DNA of 64,000 nt, taken from positions 33-64,032 of the forward strand of contig CAPGBJ010000053.1 of the NCBI GenBank assembly GCA_948616425.1, read 5' to 3'. Source of the DNA: an uncultured Oscillospiraceae bacterium. GTDB taxonomy: Bacteria > Bacillota > Clostridia > Oscillospirales > Oscillospiraceae. A program made the translations under genes and the position numbers. The notes below the pieces were generated by a model. It was not told where the DNA came from. It saw nothing but the letters and a program-made list of their open reading frames with translations, and did no database searches. Below are positions 48,675-59,000 of this stretch, in pieces. How positions within the stretch are numbered: the stretch's first letter is position 1; every line of letters starts with the position of its first letter.

Positions 48675-49685
48675 ATGCTGAAATATATTGTCAAACGAAT
48701 TCTCAGCAGTGTTCTGGTCCTGCTGGGGGTCATCACCATCACATTTTTTATTGCCCGAGTCCTCCCCTCCAACCCGGAGGTGAAGTGGGCCGGCCAGCGG
48801 GCCACTCCGGAACAGCTGGCCGCCGCCCGCCTGGAACTGGGCTTGGACAAGTCTCTGCCGGAACAGTATATCATGTATTTGGGGGATCTCCTCCACGGCA
48901 ATCTGGGCAAGAGTTTAAATAATCATCAGCCCGTCTCCAGCGAGTTGGGCCGCTACATCCCCGCGACCCTGGAGTTGGTGCTGCTGGCCTTTGCGCTGGC
49001 AATTGCCGTCGGGATTCCGCTGGGAATTTACTCCGCCAAGAAAAAGGACAAGCTGCTGGACCACTGCAGCCGGTTTTTCTCCATCGGCGCCGTGTCTCTG
49101 CCCACCTTCTGGGTGGCGCTGTTCCTTCAGTTGATCTTCTATAAGGGGCTGAACGTGCTGCCCATCGGCGGACGGCTGAGTGTAGAGGCCACCATCTTCG
49201 AGTCGGTGCCTCAGGTCACCGGTATGCTGCTGCTGGATTGCCTGCTGACCGGCAAATTCAACCTGTTTTTCGATGCGCTGCGGCACATCATCCTGCCCTG
49301 TATCACCATCTCCCTCTATCCCATTGGCCTGGTCTCCCGCATGACCCGCAGCGCCCTGCTGGAGATATTGGGAGAGGACTACATCACGGCGGGCCACAGC
49401 TACGGCCTGAGTGACGGGAAGATGCTCTGGAAATATGCCCTGAAAAATAGTCTGGGCACCACAGCCACCGACGTGGCCCTCTCTATGGGCTATACGCTGA
49501 CCGGTACTTTCTTGGTGGAGGCCATCTTCTCCTGGCCAGGTATCGGCAGCTATATCTCCAGCGCCGTTACCACCTTGGACTACCCGGCTATCATTGGTGT
49601 GACTCTGTTCGGCGCCACCTGTTACATCATCTTGAATCTGGTGGCTGATATCATTATTGCGTCCGATCCCCGGGTGCGTCTGTAA
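48675..49685 (+). CDS. ABC transporter permease (DppB/OppB-like)
   Basis: MLKYIVKRIL, LGLDKSLPEQY, EDYITA, VEAIFSWPGIG, DPRVRL. Confidence 0.95.
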   Translation: MLKYIVKRILSSVLVLLGVITITFFIARVLPSNPEVKWAGQRATPEQLAAARLELGLDKSLPEQYIMYLGDLLHGNLGKSLNNHQPVSSELGRYIPATLELVLLAFALAIAVGIPLGIYSAKKKDKLLDHCSRFFSIGAVSLPTFWVALFLQLIFYKGLNVLPIGGRLSVEATIFESVPQVTGMLLLDCLLTGKFNLFFDALRHIILPCITISLYPIGLVSRMTRSALLEILGEDYITAGHSYGLSDGKMLWKYALKNSLGTTATDVALSMGYTLTGTFLVEAIFSWPGIGSYISSAVTTLDYPAIIGVTLFGATCYIILNLVADIIIASDPRVRL

Positions 49686-49697
49686 GGAGGCGGAGCT

Positions 49698-50582
49698 ATG
49701 AACGGTTTTATCCAGGCGATGCGGCCCCGTATCAAGAGTGCGCAGGAGAGCATGTATCTGCTGACCCGCAATCATCTCAGCCTGATTGCGCTGATTGTAC
49801 TGATTCTTCTGATAATCGCTGCCCTTTTGGCCCCGGTGATTATCCCCTATCCAGAAGACGTAATGGACGCAGCCCACACCGCCATCAAGCTCCAGCCCCC
49901 CAGTCTGGAGCACCTGATGGGCACGGATGAACTGGGCCGGGATATCTTCAGCCGTGTGCTCTACGGTTCTCGGGTCTCCCTGTCCGCAGCCCTGTCTGCC
50001 GTGGGACTCTCCCTGATAATCGGCGTCCCCCTGGGCGCTATCGCGGGCAGTTTTGGCGGCTGGGTGGACAATGTCATTATGCGTCTGACAGATGTGTTTC
50101 TCAGCTTTCCGCCCCTGCTGCTGGCCATCGCCATGGTGGTGGTCATGGGCAGCAGCCTGAATAACGCGGTGCTGGCTATCGCCCTGTCCTGGTGGCCCTG
50201 GTATACCCGCCTGATCCGTGGTCACGCCATCTCTGTCAAGGAGCGAAAGTTTGTCCAAGCCGCTGAGACCATCGGGACAGGCCGGATGAAGATCATTTTC
50301 AAACACATCATTCCCAACTGTATCAGCCCTGTGATTGTTCAGGCGTCTATGGACATCGGCGGCGTTATTTTGACGGTGGCCAGCCTGTCCTTCCTGGGAT
50401 TGGGCGCCCAGCTTCCCACCCCTGAGTGGGGGCTTATGATCTCCATGGGGCGCCGATTCTTCCCAGACAACTGGTGGTACTGCATCTTCCCCGGCGTGGC
50501 TATCTTTATTACGGTGCTGTGCTTTAATCTTCTGGGTGACGCAATCCGTGAGATTCTAGACCCCAAGACCCGTAAGAATTGA
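49698..50582 (+). CDS. ABC transporter permease (DppC/OppC-like)
   Basis: HLMGTDELGRDIFSR, SLSFLGLG, PEWG, NLLGDAIREILDP. Confidence 0.95.
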   Translation: MNGFIQAMRPRIKSAQESMYLLTRNHLSLIALIVLILLIIAALLAPVIIPYPEDVMDAAHTAIKLQPPSLEHLMGTDELGRDIFSRVLYGSRVSLSAALSAVGLSLIIGVPLGAIAGSFGGWVDNVIMRLTDVFLSFPPLLLAIAMVVVMGSSLNNAVLAIALSWWPWYTRLIRGHAISVKERKFVQAAETIGTGRMKIIFKHIIPNCISPVIVQASMDIGGVILTVASLSFLGLGAQLPTPEWGLMISMGRRFFPDNWWYCIFPGVAIFITVLCFNLLGDAIREILDPKTRKN

Positions 50583-50593
50583 GGAGTGGGAAT

Positions 50594-52399
50594 ATGGCGT
50601 ATTTTGAGATTAAAAATCTGCATATCACCCACCGCTCTTTTGCGGGGACCAAGACGGTGCTGGATATTGAGCACCTGTCTATTGAGCGTGGCGAGACCTA
50701 TGGTCTGGTGGGCGAGTCCGGACAGGGCAAGACGGTCTTGGCCCTGGCGATTCAGCAGCTCCTGCACTGTCCCCCGGGGAAAATTGAGTCCGGCGAGGTG
50801 CTGCTGGACGGAACGGACCTGTTGAAGCTCAGCCCCAAGCAGATGCAGCGGACAATCCGCGGGGGCAGGGTTGCCATGATTTTTCAGGACCCGATGAGCT
50901 GTTTGAATCCGGTATTCACAGTGGGCACCATCATGACAGATGTGCTGAAAGCCCGACACAGAGAGATGGGCAGGGAACAGATTCGGCGCAGTGCCCTGGA
51001 ATTGCTGGGAGAGGTGAAGCTGGCCGACACCGAGAGCATCATGAATAAGTATCCCCATCAGCTGTCGGGTGGCCAGCGTCAGCGGGTTATCATCGCCCTG
51101 GCCCTGGCCTGCGGCGCCGAATTCCTCATCGCTGACGAGCCCACCCGCAACCTGGACGTCACCATTCAGGCCAGCATACTGAAGCTGCTGAAGGAGCTCC
51201 AGCAGAGACACAATATGACGGTGCTGTTCATCGCCAATAACCTCAGCCTGGTCTCGGCCTTCTGCGACCGGGTGGGGATTCTCTACGGCGGAAAGATTAT
51301 CGAGGAAAACACCGCTGCCGCCCTGGTCACAAGCCCGGAACAGGAGTACACCAAGGTCCTGATTCAGGCGGTCCGGGCGGACGTGCGGGAGGCGGAACGG
51401 CTGGACTCTGATGAGGTCCTTCTGAAAGTGGAGCATCTGAAGAAGTACTTTGATATCAACGACGAACTGCGCCGCCAGAAGCATCTGACCCTGAAGGCGG
51501 TGGATGATGTCAGCTTTTCCCTGAAGAAGGGGGAGGTGTTGGGCATTGTGGGCGAGTCGGGCTGCGGCAAATCCACCCTGGTCAACACCATCTTAAATCT
51601 GTTCCCCCCCACCCAGGGCAAGGTGTACTTTGAGGGGGAGGACGTGTTTGACCGGGCCAAACGGGGGAACAACGCATTTAAGAAGAATGTGCAGATCGTC
51701 TTTCAGGACCCCTACTGGTCGCTGAACCCCCGCTGGCTGATCAAGGACATTGTGGCCGAACCCATTGACGTCTACGAGAAGCTGGGGGAGGCGGCCCGGC
51801 TGAAGCGGGTGGAAGAACTGCTGGAGATGGTGGGGATTCCCGCCAGTGCCTGCTACAAATATCCGCACGAGTTCTCCGGCGGCCAGCGCCAGCGCATTGC
51901 AATTGCCCGCTCCCTGGCCTCCAACCCCAAGCTGGTGGTACTGGACGAGCCTACAAGCTCCATTGATGTCTTTAGTCAGGCCCAGATTCTGGACTTGATC
52001 AAAGACCTGCGCAAACGCTTTCAGCTGACCAACATTCTCATCAGCCACGACCTGGGGGTAGTCCATGAACTGGCCAACCAGATCGCGGTGATGTATCTGG
52101 GCAAAATTGTGGAGTTTGGCCCGGCAGAGCAGATCTTCCGCCACCCCCGCCACCCTTACACCAAAGCCCTGTTTGACTCGATTCCCACGCTCACCACCCA
52201 GGGCATGAAGGGACTGAAGACCTTGGAGGGACAAATTCCCAGCCCGATTGACCCTCCGCCCGGCTGCGCCTTTCACCAGCGCTGTCCCTATGCCTGCCAG
52301 CAGTGCGGGCAGGAGACGCCGCAGCCCGTTGACCTGGGCGGCGGCCATGTGGTCAGTTGCCTGCGCGTCGGTGAGCTGGAAGACGAACTGAAAAAATAG
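50594..52399 (+). CDS. Fused dual-domain ABC ATPase (DppD/DppF-like)
   Basis: Two Walker A motifs (GESGQGKT, GESGCGKST), LSGGQRQR/FSGGQRQR, C-terminal GCAFHQRC. Confidence 0.95.
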   Translation: MAYFEIKNLHITHRSFAGTKTVLDIEHLSIERGETYGLVGESGQGKTVLALAIQQLLHCPPGKIESGEVLLDGTDLLKLSPKQMQRTIRGGRVAMIFQDPMSCLNPVFTVGTIMTDVLKARHREMGREQIRRSALELLGEVKLADTESIMNKYPHQLSGGQRQRVIIALALACGAEFLIADEPTRNLDVTIQASILKLLKELQQRHNMTVLFIANNLSLVSAFCDRVGILYGGKIIEENTAAALVTSPEQEYTKVLIQAVRADVREAERLDSDEVLLKVEHLKKYFDINDELRRQKHLTLKAVDDVSFSLKKGEVLGIVGESGCGKSTLVNTILNLFPPTQGKVYFEGEDVFDRAKRGNNAFKKNVQIVFQDPYWSLNPRWLIKDIVAEPIDVYEKLGEAARLKRVEELLEMVGIPASACYKYPHEFSGGQRQRIAIARSLASNPKLVVLDEPTSSIDVFSQAQILDLIKDLRKRFQLTNILISHDLGVVHELANQIAVMYLGKIVEFGPAEQIFRHPRHPYTKALFDSIPTLTTQGMKGLKTLEGQIPSPIDPPPGCAFHQRCPYACQQCGQETPQPVDLGGGHVVSCLRVGELEDELKK

Positions 52400-52512
52400 G
52401 GGCAGTAAAGGTCCAATATGCCGCCCTCTGTCCCTGGAGGGGCGGGGGAGGCAGGGAGACTTCAAACCTGGGGGCAGAGGCCCCACTTGAAAATAAAAAG
52501 GAGCCAATTAAA

Positions 52513-53610
52513 ATGAGGACATTGACACGAGAAAATCTGTTGGATATCCTGTACGGCTGCACCATTCTGGGGACTGGAGGGGGCGGAAGCCTGGAAAAGG
52601 GCATCGCAATGATTGACGAGGCCCTGGCTGCCGGAAAAACCTTTCAGCTGGCCTCCTTTGAGGAGATGGGGCCGGAGGATATCATTGGCACCCCCTACGC
52701 CTGCGGGGCCATAAGCCCCCTCACGGAGGAGGAGGTGCGCAAGTACGCCCGCCTGAAGGAGACGGAGGAGAGCTTCTATATCCTGTGTATGAAGCAGCTG
52801 GAGCAGTTCCTGGGCAGAGAGGTAAGCGCCGTGATCTCCACCGAGTTGGGCGGCGGCAACACGGCCACTGCCTTCTATGTGGGGGCCATGACCGGCCGCC
52901 CCATTATGGACGGCGACCCCGCCGGCCGCAGCGTGCCCGCCCTGCAGCACTCCACTTATTTCCTCAAGGGCGTGCCCATGTGTCCCATGAGCGTGATGAA
53001 CAGATTTGGAGAGGGCGCCGTCTTCACCAACGTCTTTGATGACGAGCGGGGAGAGGACCTGGTCCGGGCCCTGGCGGTGGCCAGCCAGAACACCATTGCT
53101 GTCATGGACCATGTGAATACCGTGGCGGTGCTGAAAGACGCTGTAATCACCGGGGCCATCTCCTATGCCGAGGCCATTGGCAGGGCGTACCGCCAGGCCA
53201 AAGCGGCGGGAGAGGACTATGTCAAAGCCGTTACCGAGACAGGAAAAGGCAGGATGATGTTTGAGGGCACCGTCACCGAGAGCAGCTACGAGACTCGGGA
53301 CGGCTACACCTATGGGGACACGGTGATCCAGGGCAGCGGGTCCTATGCGGGGCATCAGCTGCACATCTGGTATCAGAATGAAAATATTATCAGCTGGATG
53401 GATGACCAGTATTTTGTCACCGTCCCTGATTTGATCTGCGTCTTTGACCTGGATGAGGCGCTGCCGCAGATCAATCCCTTTGCCAGAGTGGGCGAGAAGG
53501 TGGCGGTTACCGCCCTGCCCGCCCCTAAGGAGTGGACCACACCCCGGGGTTTGGAGGTCTTTGGCCCCCGCAGCTTTGGTCATGAAGTGGAGTACAAGCC
53601 CTACTGCTGA
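52513..53610 (+). CDS. DUF917 family protein
   Basis: GCTILGTGGGG, ELGGGN, DGDPAGRSVP, YQNEN, PDLI, FGPRSFG. Confidence 0.88.
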   Translation: MRTLTRENLLDILYGCTILGTGGGGSLEKGIAMIDEALAAGKTFQLASFEEMGPEDIIGTPYACGAISPLTEEEVRKYARLKETEESFYILCMKQLEQFLGREVSAVISTELGGGNTATAFYVGAMTGRPIMDGDPAGRSVPALQHSTYFLKGVPMCPMSVMNRFGEGAVFTNVFDDERGEDLVRALAVASQNTIAVMDHVNTVAVLKDAVITGAISYAEAIGRAYRQAKAAGEDYVKAVTETGKGRMMFEGTVTESSYETRDGYTYGDTVIQGSGSYAGHQLHIWYQNENIISWMDDQYFVTVPDLICVFDLDEALPQINPFARVGEKVAVTALPAPKEWTTPRGLEVFGPRSFGHEVEYKPYC

Positions 53611-53633
53611 TCTTTTAAGATGGGAGAAATTGT

Positions 53634-54908
53634 ATGGAGCATCAGGAATTTTTAAATGCGGTATTGGAACTGATTGCCATCGACAGCGTGGCAATGGAGG
53701 ATGTCAGCGACCAGGCCCCCTACGGCGCCGGCCCCGCCAGGGCCCTGGACTATGTGCTGGACCTGTGCTGCCGGCTGGGAATCTCCACTCAGAACTGTGA
53801 CGGCCGGGTGGCCTGGGCCGAGATTGGTCAGGGGGAGGAGATCGTGGGCATCTTAGGCCACTTGGACGTGGTCACCACGGGCGAAGGTTGGACTCACAGC
53901 GCCAAGGGTGAGATCCACAGTGGCCGCCTGTATGGCCGGGGCGCGGCGGACGACAAGGGGCCCACACTGGCTGCCCTCTTCGCGATGAAAGAACTTCAGG
54001 ATGCCGGCGTACCGCTGAAACGCCGGGTCCGGCTCATCTTCGGCCAGTGTGAGGAGGTGGGCAGCTGGGGGGATATGGAGTACTACAAGGCCACCCAGCA
54101 GCTGCCTGTCTTTGGCTTTACCCCTGACGCAGACTTCCCTGCGATCTATGGAGAGAAGGGGATTCTGGAATTCCAGGTGACTGCGCCCCTTCCCGCCCCT
54201 CTGCTCCGCCTGGAAGGCGGCGATGCCAGCAATATGGTGCCTGGCTGGTGCCGCTGCACTTACCGCGCCCCGGATGGAGCGGCCCGGGAGCTGGAGAACC
54301 AGGGGCGCTGTGCCCATGCCAGCACCCCGGAGAAGGGGGAAAACGCCATAGACGGGATGATGGCGCAGCTGAAGGAGCTGGGAATCGGAGGCCCTCTGGT
54401 GGATTTCTACCTGGCCCATCTGGAGGGGGACTACTACGGCGGAAAGCTGGGCTGCGGTCTGGAGGACCCACAGAGCGGCAAGCTGACGGTGAATCCTGGA
54501 CTGCTGCGCACCGAGGGTGACAAATTGGTGCTGACCCTGGATATCCGCAACCCGGTCACCTTCACCCGGGAGGATGTGGAGGGGCCGCTGGTCCAGGCCT
54601 GCCGGTCTTTTGGGCTGGAGTGCGTCTGTACGGAGAGCGTGGACTCCATCTATATGGACCGAGATGGAAAGGTAGTTCAGGCCATGGCGGAGGTCTACCG
54701 GCAGGTCACTGGAGACGACGCCCAGCCCACGGTAATCGGCGGGGGAACCTATGCCCGGGCCATGCCTGGGATTGTGGCCTTTGGCCCCATGCGGCCCGAC
54801 CGTGAATGTACCGAACACCAGAAGGACGAGTACATCCTGGTGGAGGATCTGCTTACGGCCAAGGAAATTTACCGCCAGACCATAGAGAAGCTGGCAAATT
54901 TGGAATGA
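53634..54908 (+). CDS. M20 family metallopeptidase (PepV/Sapep-like)
   Basis: GHLDVV, GRGAADDKGP, EE, PDADFP, GGGTYAR, HQKDE. Confidence 0.92.
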   Translation: MEHQEFLNAVLELIAIDSVAMEDVSDQAPYGAGPARALDYVLDLCCRLGISTQNCDGRVAWAEIGQGEEIVGILGHLDVVTTGEGWTHSAKGEIHSGRLYGRGAADDKGPTLAALFAMKELQDAGVPLKRRVRLIFGQCEEVGSWGDMEYYKATQQLPVFGFTPDADFPAIYGEKGILEFQVTAPLPAPLLRLEGGDASNMVPGWCRCTYRAPDGAARELENQGRCAHASTPEKGENAIDGMMAQLKELGIGGPLVDFYLAHLEGDYYGGKLGCGLEDPQSGKLTVNPGLLRTEGDKLVLTLDIRNPVTFTREDVEGPLVQACRSFGLECVCTESVDSIYMDRDGKVVQAMAEVYRQVTGDDAQPTVIGGGTYARAMPGIVAFGPMRPDRECTEHQKDEYILVEDLLTAKEIYRQTIEKLANLE

Positions 54909-54924
54909 ATGAGAGGGGTTTCCT

Positions 54925-55953
54925 ATGAAGACAGAACTGCAAACTGCGGCGGACAAGCTGGTGCGAGATATTTTCGGCGTGCAGGCCGGTGAGACGGTAG
55001 TGCTCACGGCTGACTACGAGTCCAACCAGAATGTCCTGCGGGTGGTCTCTGACAGCGTCCGGGACGCGGGGGCTCAGGCCATGGTAATTACCGTGCCCAC
55101 CCCCCGCTCTGTAGGAAAGGCGGCAGACCCGGATCTGCCGATAGAACCTCTGGCCGCCGCCCTGTGCGCCTGTGATGTGTGGATTGAGTTCAACCATCAG
55201 TGGCTGCTCTACTCCACCCCCTTTGAACGGGCCAGCCGGGAGAACAAAAAGCTGCGCTATATGTGTCTGGTGGACTTTGACGAGGATTTGATGATCCGGA
55301 CAATCGGCCGGGTGGATACCCCCCAGCTGCAAGTATTTATGCGCCGGGTGGCAGAGCTGACCCGGGAGGCCAAAACGATGCGGGTCACCACCCCCGCGGG
55401 CTGCGATGTCTCTTTTGAGATTGACCCCACCCACTACGTGGCCTGCGACTGCGGCGACGCCACCACTCCGGCCATCCACATGCTCACCGGGCAGATCAAC
55501 GTGGTCCCCCGCTTTGGCTCCATCCAAGGCGTGATTGTCTTTGACGGATCTGTGACCCCTCCCTTTGGCCGCTCCCCCACGACGCCCATCCGACTGACGG
55601 TCAAGGACGGCGTGATTCAGTCTGTGGAGGGCGGCGAGGAGGCCGCGGCTTATGAGAAGTATCTGCGGGACTTCCAGGACCCCGGCATGTTAAAGATGGC
55701 CCATATCGCCTATGGCTTTAACCCGGGCGCAGCCCTCACCGGCAACATTGTAGAGGACGAGCGGGTCTGGGGGGCCACCGAATGGGGAATCGGCTATGTC
55801 AGCGAGATTGACGCGCCTCCCCACGGACAGGACGCCGTGAGCCACAGCGACGGTATCTGTCTGAACAGCTCTGTGTGGCTGGATGGTGTGCAGATCATGG
55901 ACCGCGGGCAGATCGTTCTGCCCGAACTGGCTGCACTGATGCCCAAGCGGTGA
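54925..55953 (+). CDS. M29-like aminopeptidase-fold protein
   Basis: VQAGETVVLTAD, VTTPAGCDVSF, GVIVFDG, GNIVEDER, SHSDGI. Confidence 0.75.
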   Translation: MKTELQTAADKLVRDIFGVQAGETVVLTADYESNQNVLRVVSDSVRDAGAQAMVITVPTPRSVGKAADPDLPIEPLAAALCACDVWIEFNHQWLLYSTPFERASRENKKLRYMCLVDFDEDLMIRTIGRVDTPQLQVFMRRVAELTREAKTMRVTTPAGCDVSFEIDPTHYVACDCGDATTPAIHMLTGQINVVPRFGSIQGVIVFDGSVTPPFGRSPTTPIRLTVKDGVIQSVEGGEEAAAYEKYLRDFQDPGMLKMAHIAYGFNPGAALTGNIVEDERVWGATEWGIGYVSEIDAPPHGQDAVSHSDGICLNSSVWLDGVQIMDRGQIVLPELAALMPKR

Positions 55954-55978
55954 CCTGCGGTAAAGCGTGACCCTGAAT

Positions 55979-56020
55979 TGTAAAACTCCCCCCGCTCATA
56001 TGAGCGGGGGGAGTTTTACA
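55979..56020. terminator. Bidirectional terminator between the ABC operon and S-layer gene B
   Basis: TGTAAAACTCCCCCCGCTCATATGAGCGGGGGGAGTTTTACA palindrome. Confidence 0.85.
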
Positions 56021-56035
56021 TAAACCGATAGGTGC

Positions 56036-59000
56036 TTAGGCGACGAAGGTGCCGGTGAGAATGGTGGTTGCGTTGGTGCCAGAGCTGTTGTCGGCCTGTT
56101 GAATGGTGTAGGAATAGGTTGTTCCAGCTACCAGGGCGCTGTTTGTGGAGTCCCACGCGCCGTTAGGCGCGCCATTTCCGACAGAGGCATCCACGCCCCA
56201 CTTGTAGATGTAGTAGTAGGGGGCCGAACCCTCAGAAGCACTACTCCAGTCGGTCCAGCCGGGGGTGTTCGCGGCGTTACCGCTGGTGTAGAAGGTATTG
56301 GTGGCGTCCGCGCCGGTGCCCTTAATGACCAGCTGATAGTGCTTTCCAGTGGTCTGGATGGTGAACTTGAACATCACGTTGTCATCGCCGTCACCCTTCA
56401 TATCCGCGGCCAGGTTGCTGCCGGGGGTATAGACGCCGTCCTGCAGGTCCCTGATCCAGGAACCGCCAGCAATGTTGGGCAGTGTTACAGGCACACCGCC
56501 ATCCACGCTGTCCACAACCACATACAGGGTCTTGAGGGTATCGCCGCTGGAAGTGGTAGTCACAGCGTAGTAGCTGCCGCTCACGGTCCAATCGTCCAGG
56601 ATATTGTCCAGAGAGCGGGCGCTGATGCCCTCGGTGACCTCATAGCCGGTATCGGCTGTGTCGTCCTTCTGCATCTCAGGGGCACGGACAATCAGGGTGA
56701 TCTGAGTGTCATCATTCCAGATGTACTCGCCGGAACCGATGACCAGGGAGTAGCCGTCGGCACTCACGCCGCCAGCCAGGGTGCCCCGCTTATAAGCTCC
56801 GTCAGGCGCAGCAATCGTGGGATAGTTGGTGGCAGTCAGATAGCTGTTGGAATCGGACTTCACCTTGTAGTACATGGTGTGCTCACTCAACTCGCCGGCC
56901 TTGGCCTCCACCTTGGTCTGCTCGCCGTTGACCACGGCGTTCCAGCGCACGATGGTGTCATTTTTGTTGGTGAAACGGGTGTCCTGATCCAGAATGTACA
57001 TCACGTCGTAGGCGTTGTTGGCGTCGTCGATGTTAGAGGCATCCGCGGCGTCAATATACACCAGAGAGGCGTAGGTGTTGGAGCCGTTGTCGCCAGTCTT
57101 GATGTAGGTGACGGTCAGCGTGTCGTCGTTGGTGGCACTGGTGGTGATGTCAGGCAGGCTGGTGATGCCGGTGTAAACCTTCAGGTCGCCGTCCTCATTC
57201 TTCACCACAAAGATGGTGTTGGCGTTGCCGCGAATCCCAGTGCTGCCCGCCGCGACCATGGCCTTGCTGTTTGCCGCGGTAGCGGTGTTGTCGGTGGCGT
57301 TGGCATTAGCTGTGCTCAGGAAAGAGACCTTGCCGCTGTTGACCACCTTGACAGCGGTCGTGTTGGCGGTCTTATATTCCACCAGCGCGTTGGTGCTGGC
57401 AGCGGTCAGGGTGTACTTGTTGTCATCGGACACGCTGTAGGAGTACCAGCCGTCGTAAGTATTGATCTTACTGGAAGCGGCAGTGGTTACAGTCTTGGTG
57501 ATGTCGTTGCGGCTGGCGTCGCGCACCTTCTCAATGGTGATCTCACTCTTGGTGCCATCGGTGAAGTAGGCATTGGCCAGCAGAGTGGTGCTCAGGGCGC
57601 TGGAGGCGGCGACCCCGTCGATGTAGAGATAGTTGCCGGAGGCGATGGAGGAGTCATCCACCCAGAGAATATTGTCGTAGGCGTCCAGAACAATAGCGGC
57701 GTTCTCGTCTACACCGAAGGTGACTTCACAGCCGTTGGTACTGTCGGTTTCGGCAAATTTGGCGTAGTTGTACTGCTGGCCGTCCAGACGGACCCAGCCG
57801 CCAGCACTGCCGAAGGAGGCGCCGGTCTTGTTGGAGTAGGAGTCCACCTTACCGGTGACTACATTGGCCTTGGAGACGGACTGGACCTCGCCGTCAGCAT
57901 AGGTATACAGGATATAGTCGTCATCCTGCATGTCAGCGATACCGCCAAAGTCCTTCAGATCCAGCACGTTTACGTTGGCAGCGCCAGCAGGACGGGTCAG
58001 CATGGTGACAGACAGGGTCTCACGGCTGCTGCTGTAATCATTGGTGGCCTGCATCAGATAGGTGGCGTACTGGCTGACAATCACGTTGTAGTGCTTGTCT
58101 ACATAGACCTCAGTGACCACACCGTTGCCGGACATGCCGGAAGCAGTGTTGTCGTTGCGCTTGGCATAGTAGTCATAGTCCTGAGCTCCCTGAGCCACGC
58201 CGTCATAGTAGACGATCATCTTGGGGGTATTGCTGTTGTTGTCGGCAGCAAATCCGCTGGTGGTATTCACAGTCTGGGTACCATCCAGGCCGTTCAGAAC
58301 GGTGCGGCCGATGGTGTTGTACATACCGTCGCGGCTGACCTTGCCCACAAAGGTGGCAGTGGCGGCGTCGGCATAGGTGCCGATGTCGTCATTGAGGTAT
58401 TTCCAGGTAGTGGCGGGCCGGCCAAAGTCATCAATGGAGGAGTTCTTCTTCAGCTTGCCATTGTACAGCTGCTCGCCCAGCTCGATGGTCCAGCCGCTGG
58501 TACCGCTTACGCTGCCGGCGTTGGCCTCAGCGTTGCTGATGGCGTTGGCAAAGGTCTGGGTGCTGGCCCGGACCACGTAGTTGACCTTGCCGCCGATCGC
58601 GGTGGTGCCGTCAGGCGTGGTGATGTGAAGGGTGTTGTCATCAGCGTCCACCATGGTGGCCTGGAGGGCATTCAGGGCCAGCTGAGCCACCTGGTTACGG
58701 GTGAGACGGGTGTTGTTGGCCACGTCCAGGCCCTCGAACAGACGGATCTGAGCGGCCTGCTGGGCGGTGGCCCGGGCCCAGTCGTTGCCGAAGTCCTCAG
58801 CATACTGGAAGTAGCCCAGAGCCTTGAGCATCATCAGGGCAGCCTGGGTGGCGGTGACGTCGCCAGTACCGAAGTTGTTGCCGCCCACGCCGGAGATAAT
58901 GCCGCTGGCCTCGCAGGCGGCCACATAGTTGCCGGCCCAGGAAGGCACGTCGGTAAAGTGATTTTGACCAGAGAAGTAGTTGACATCCAGGCCAAGGAGA

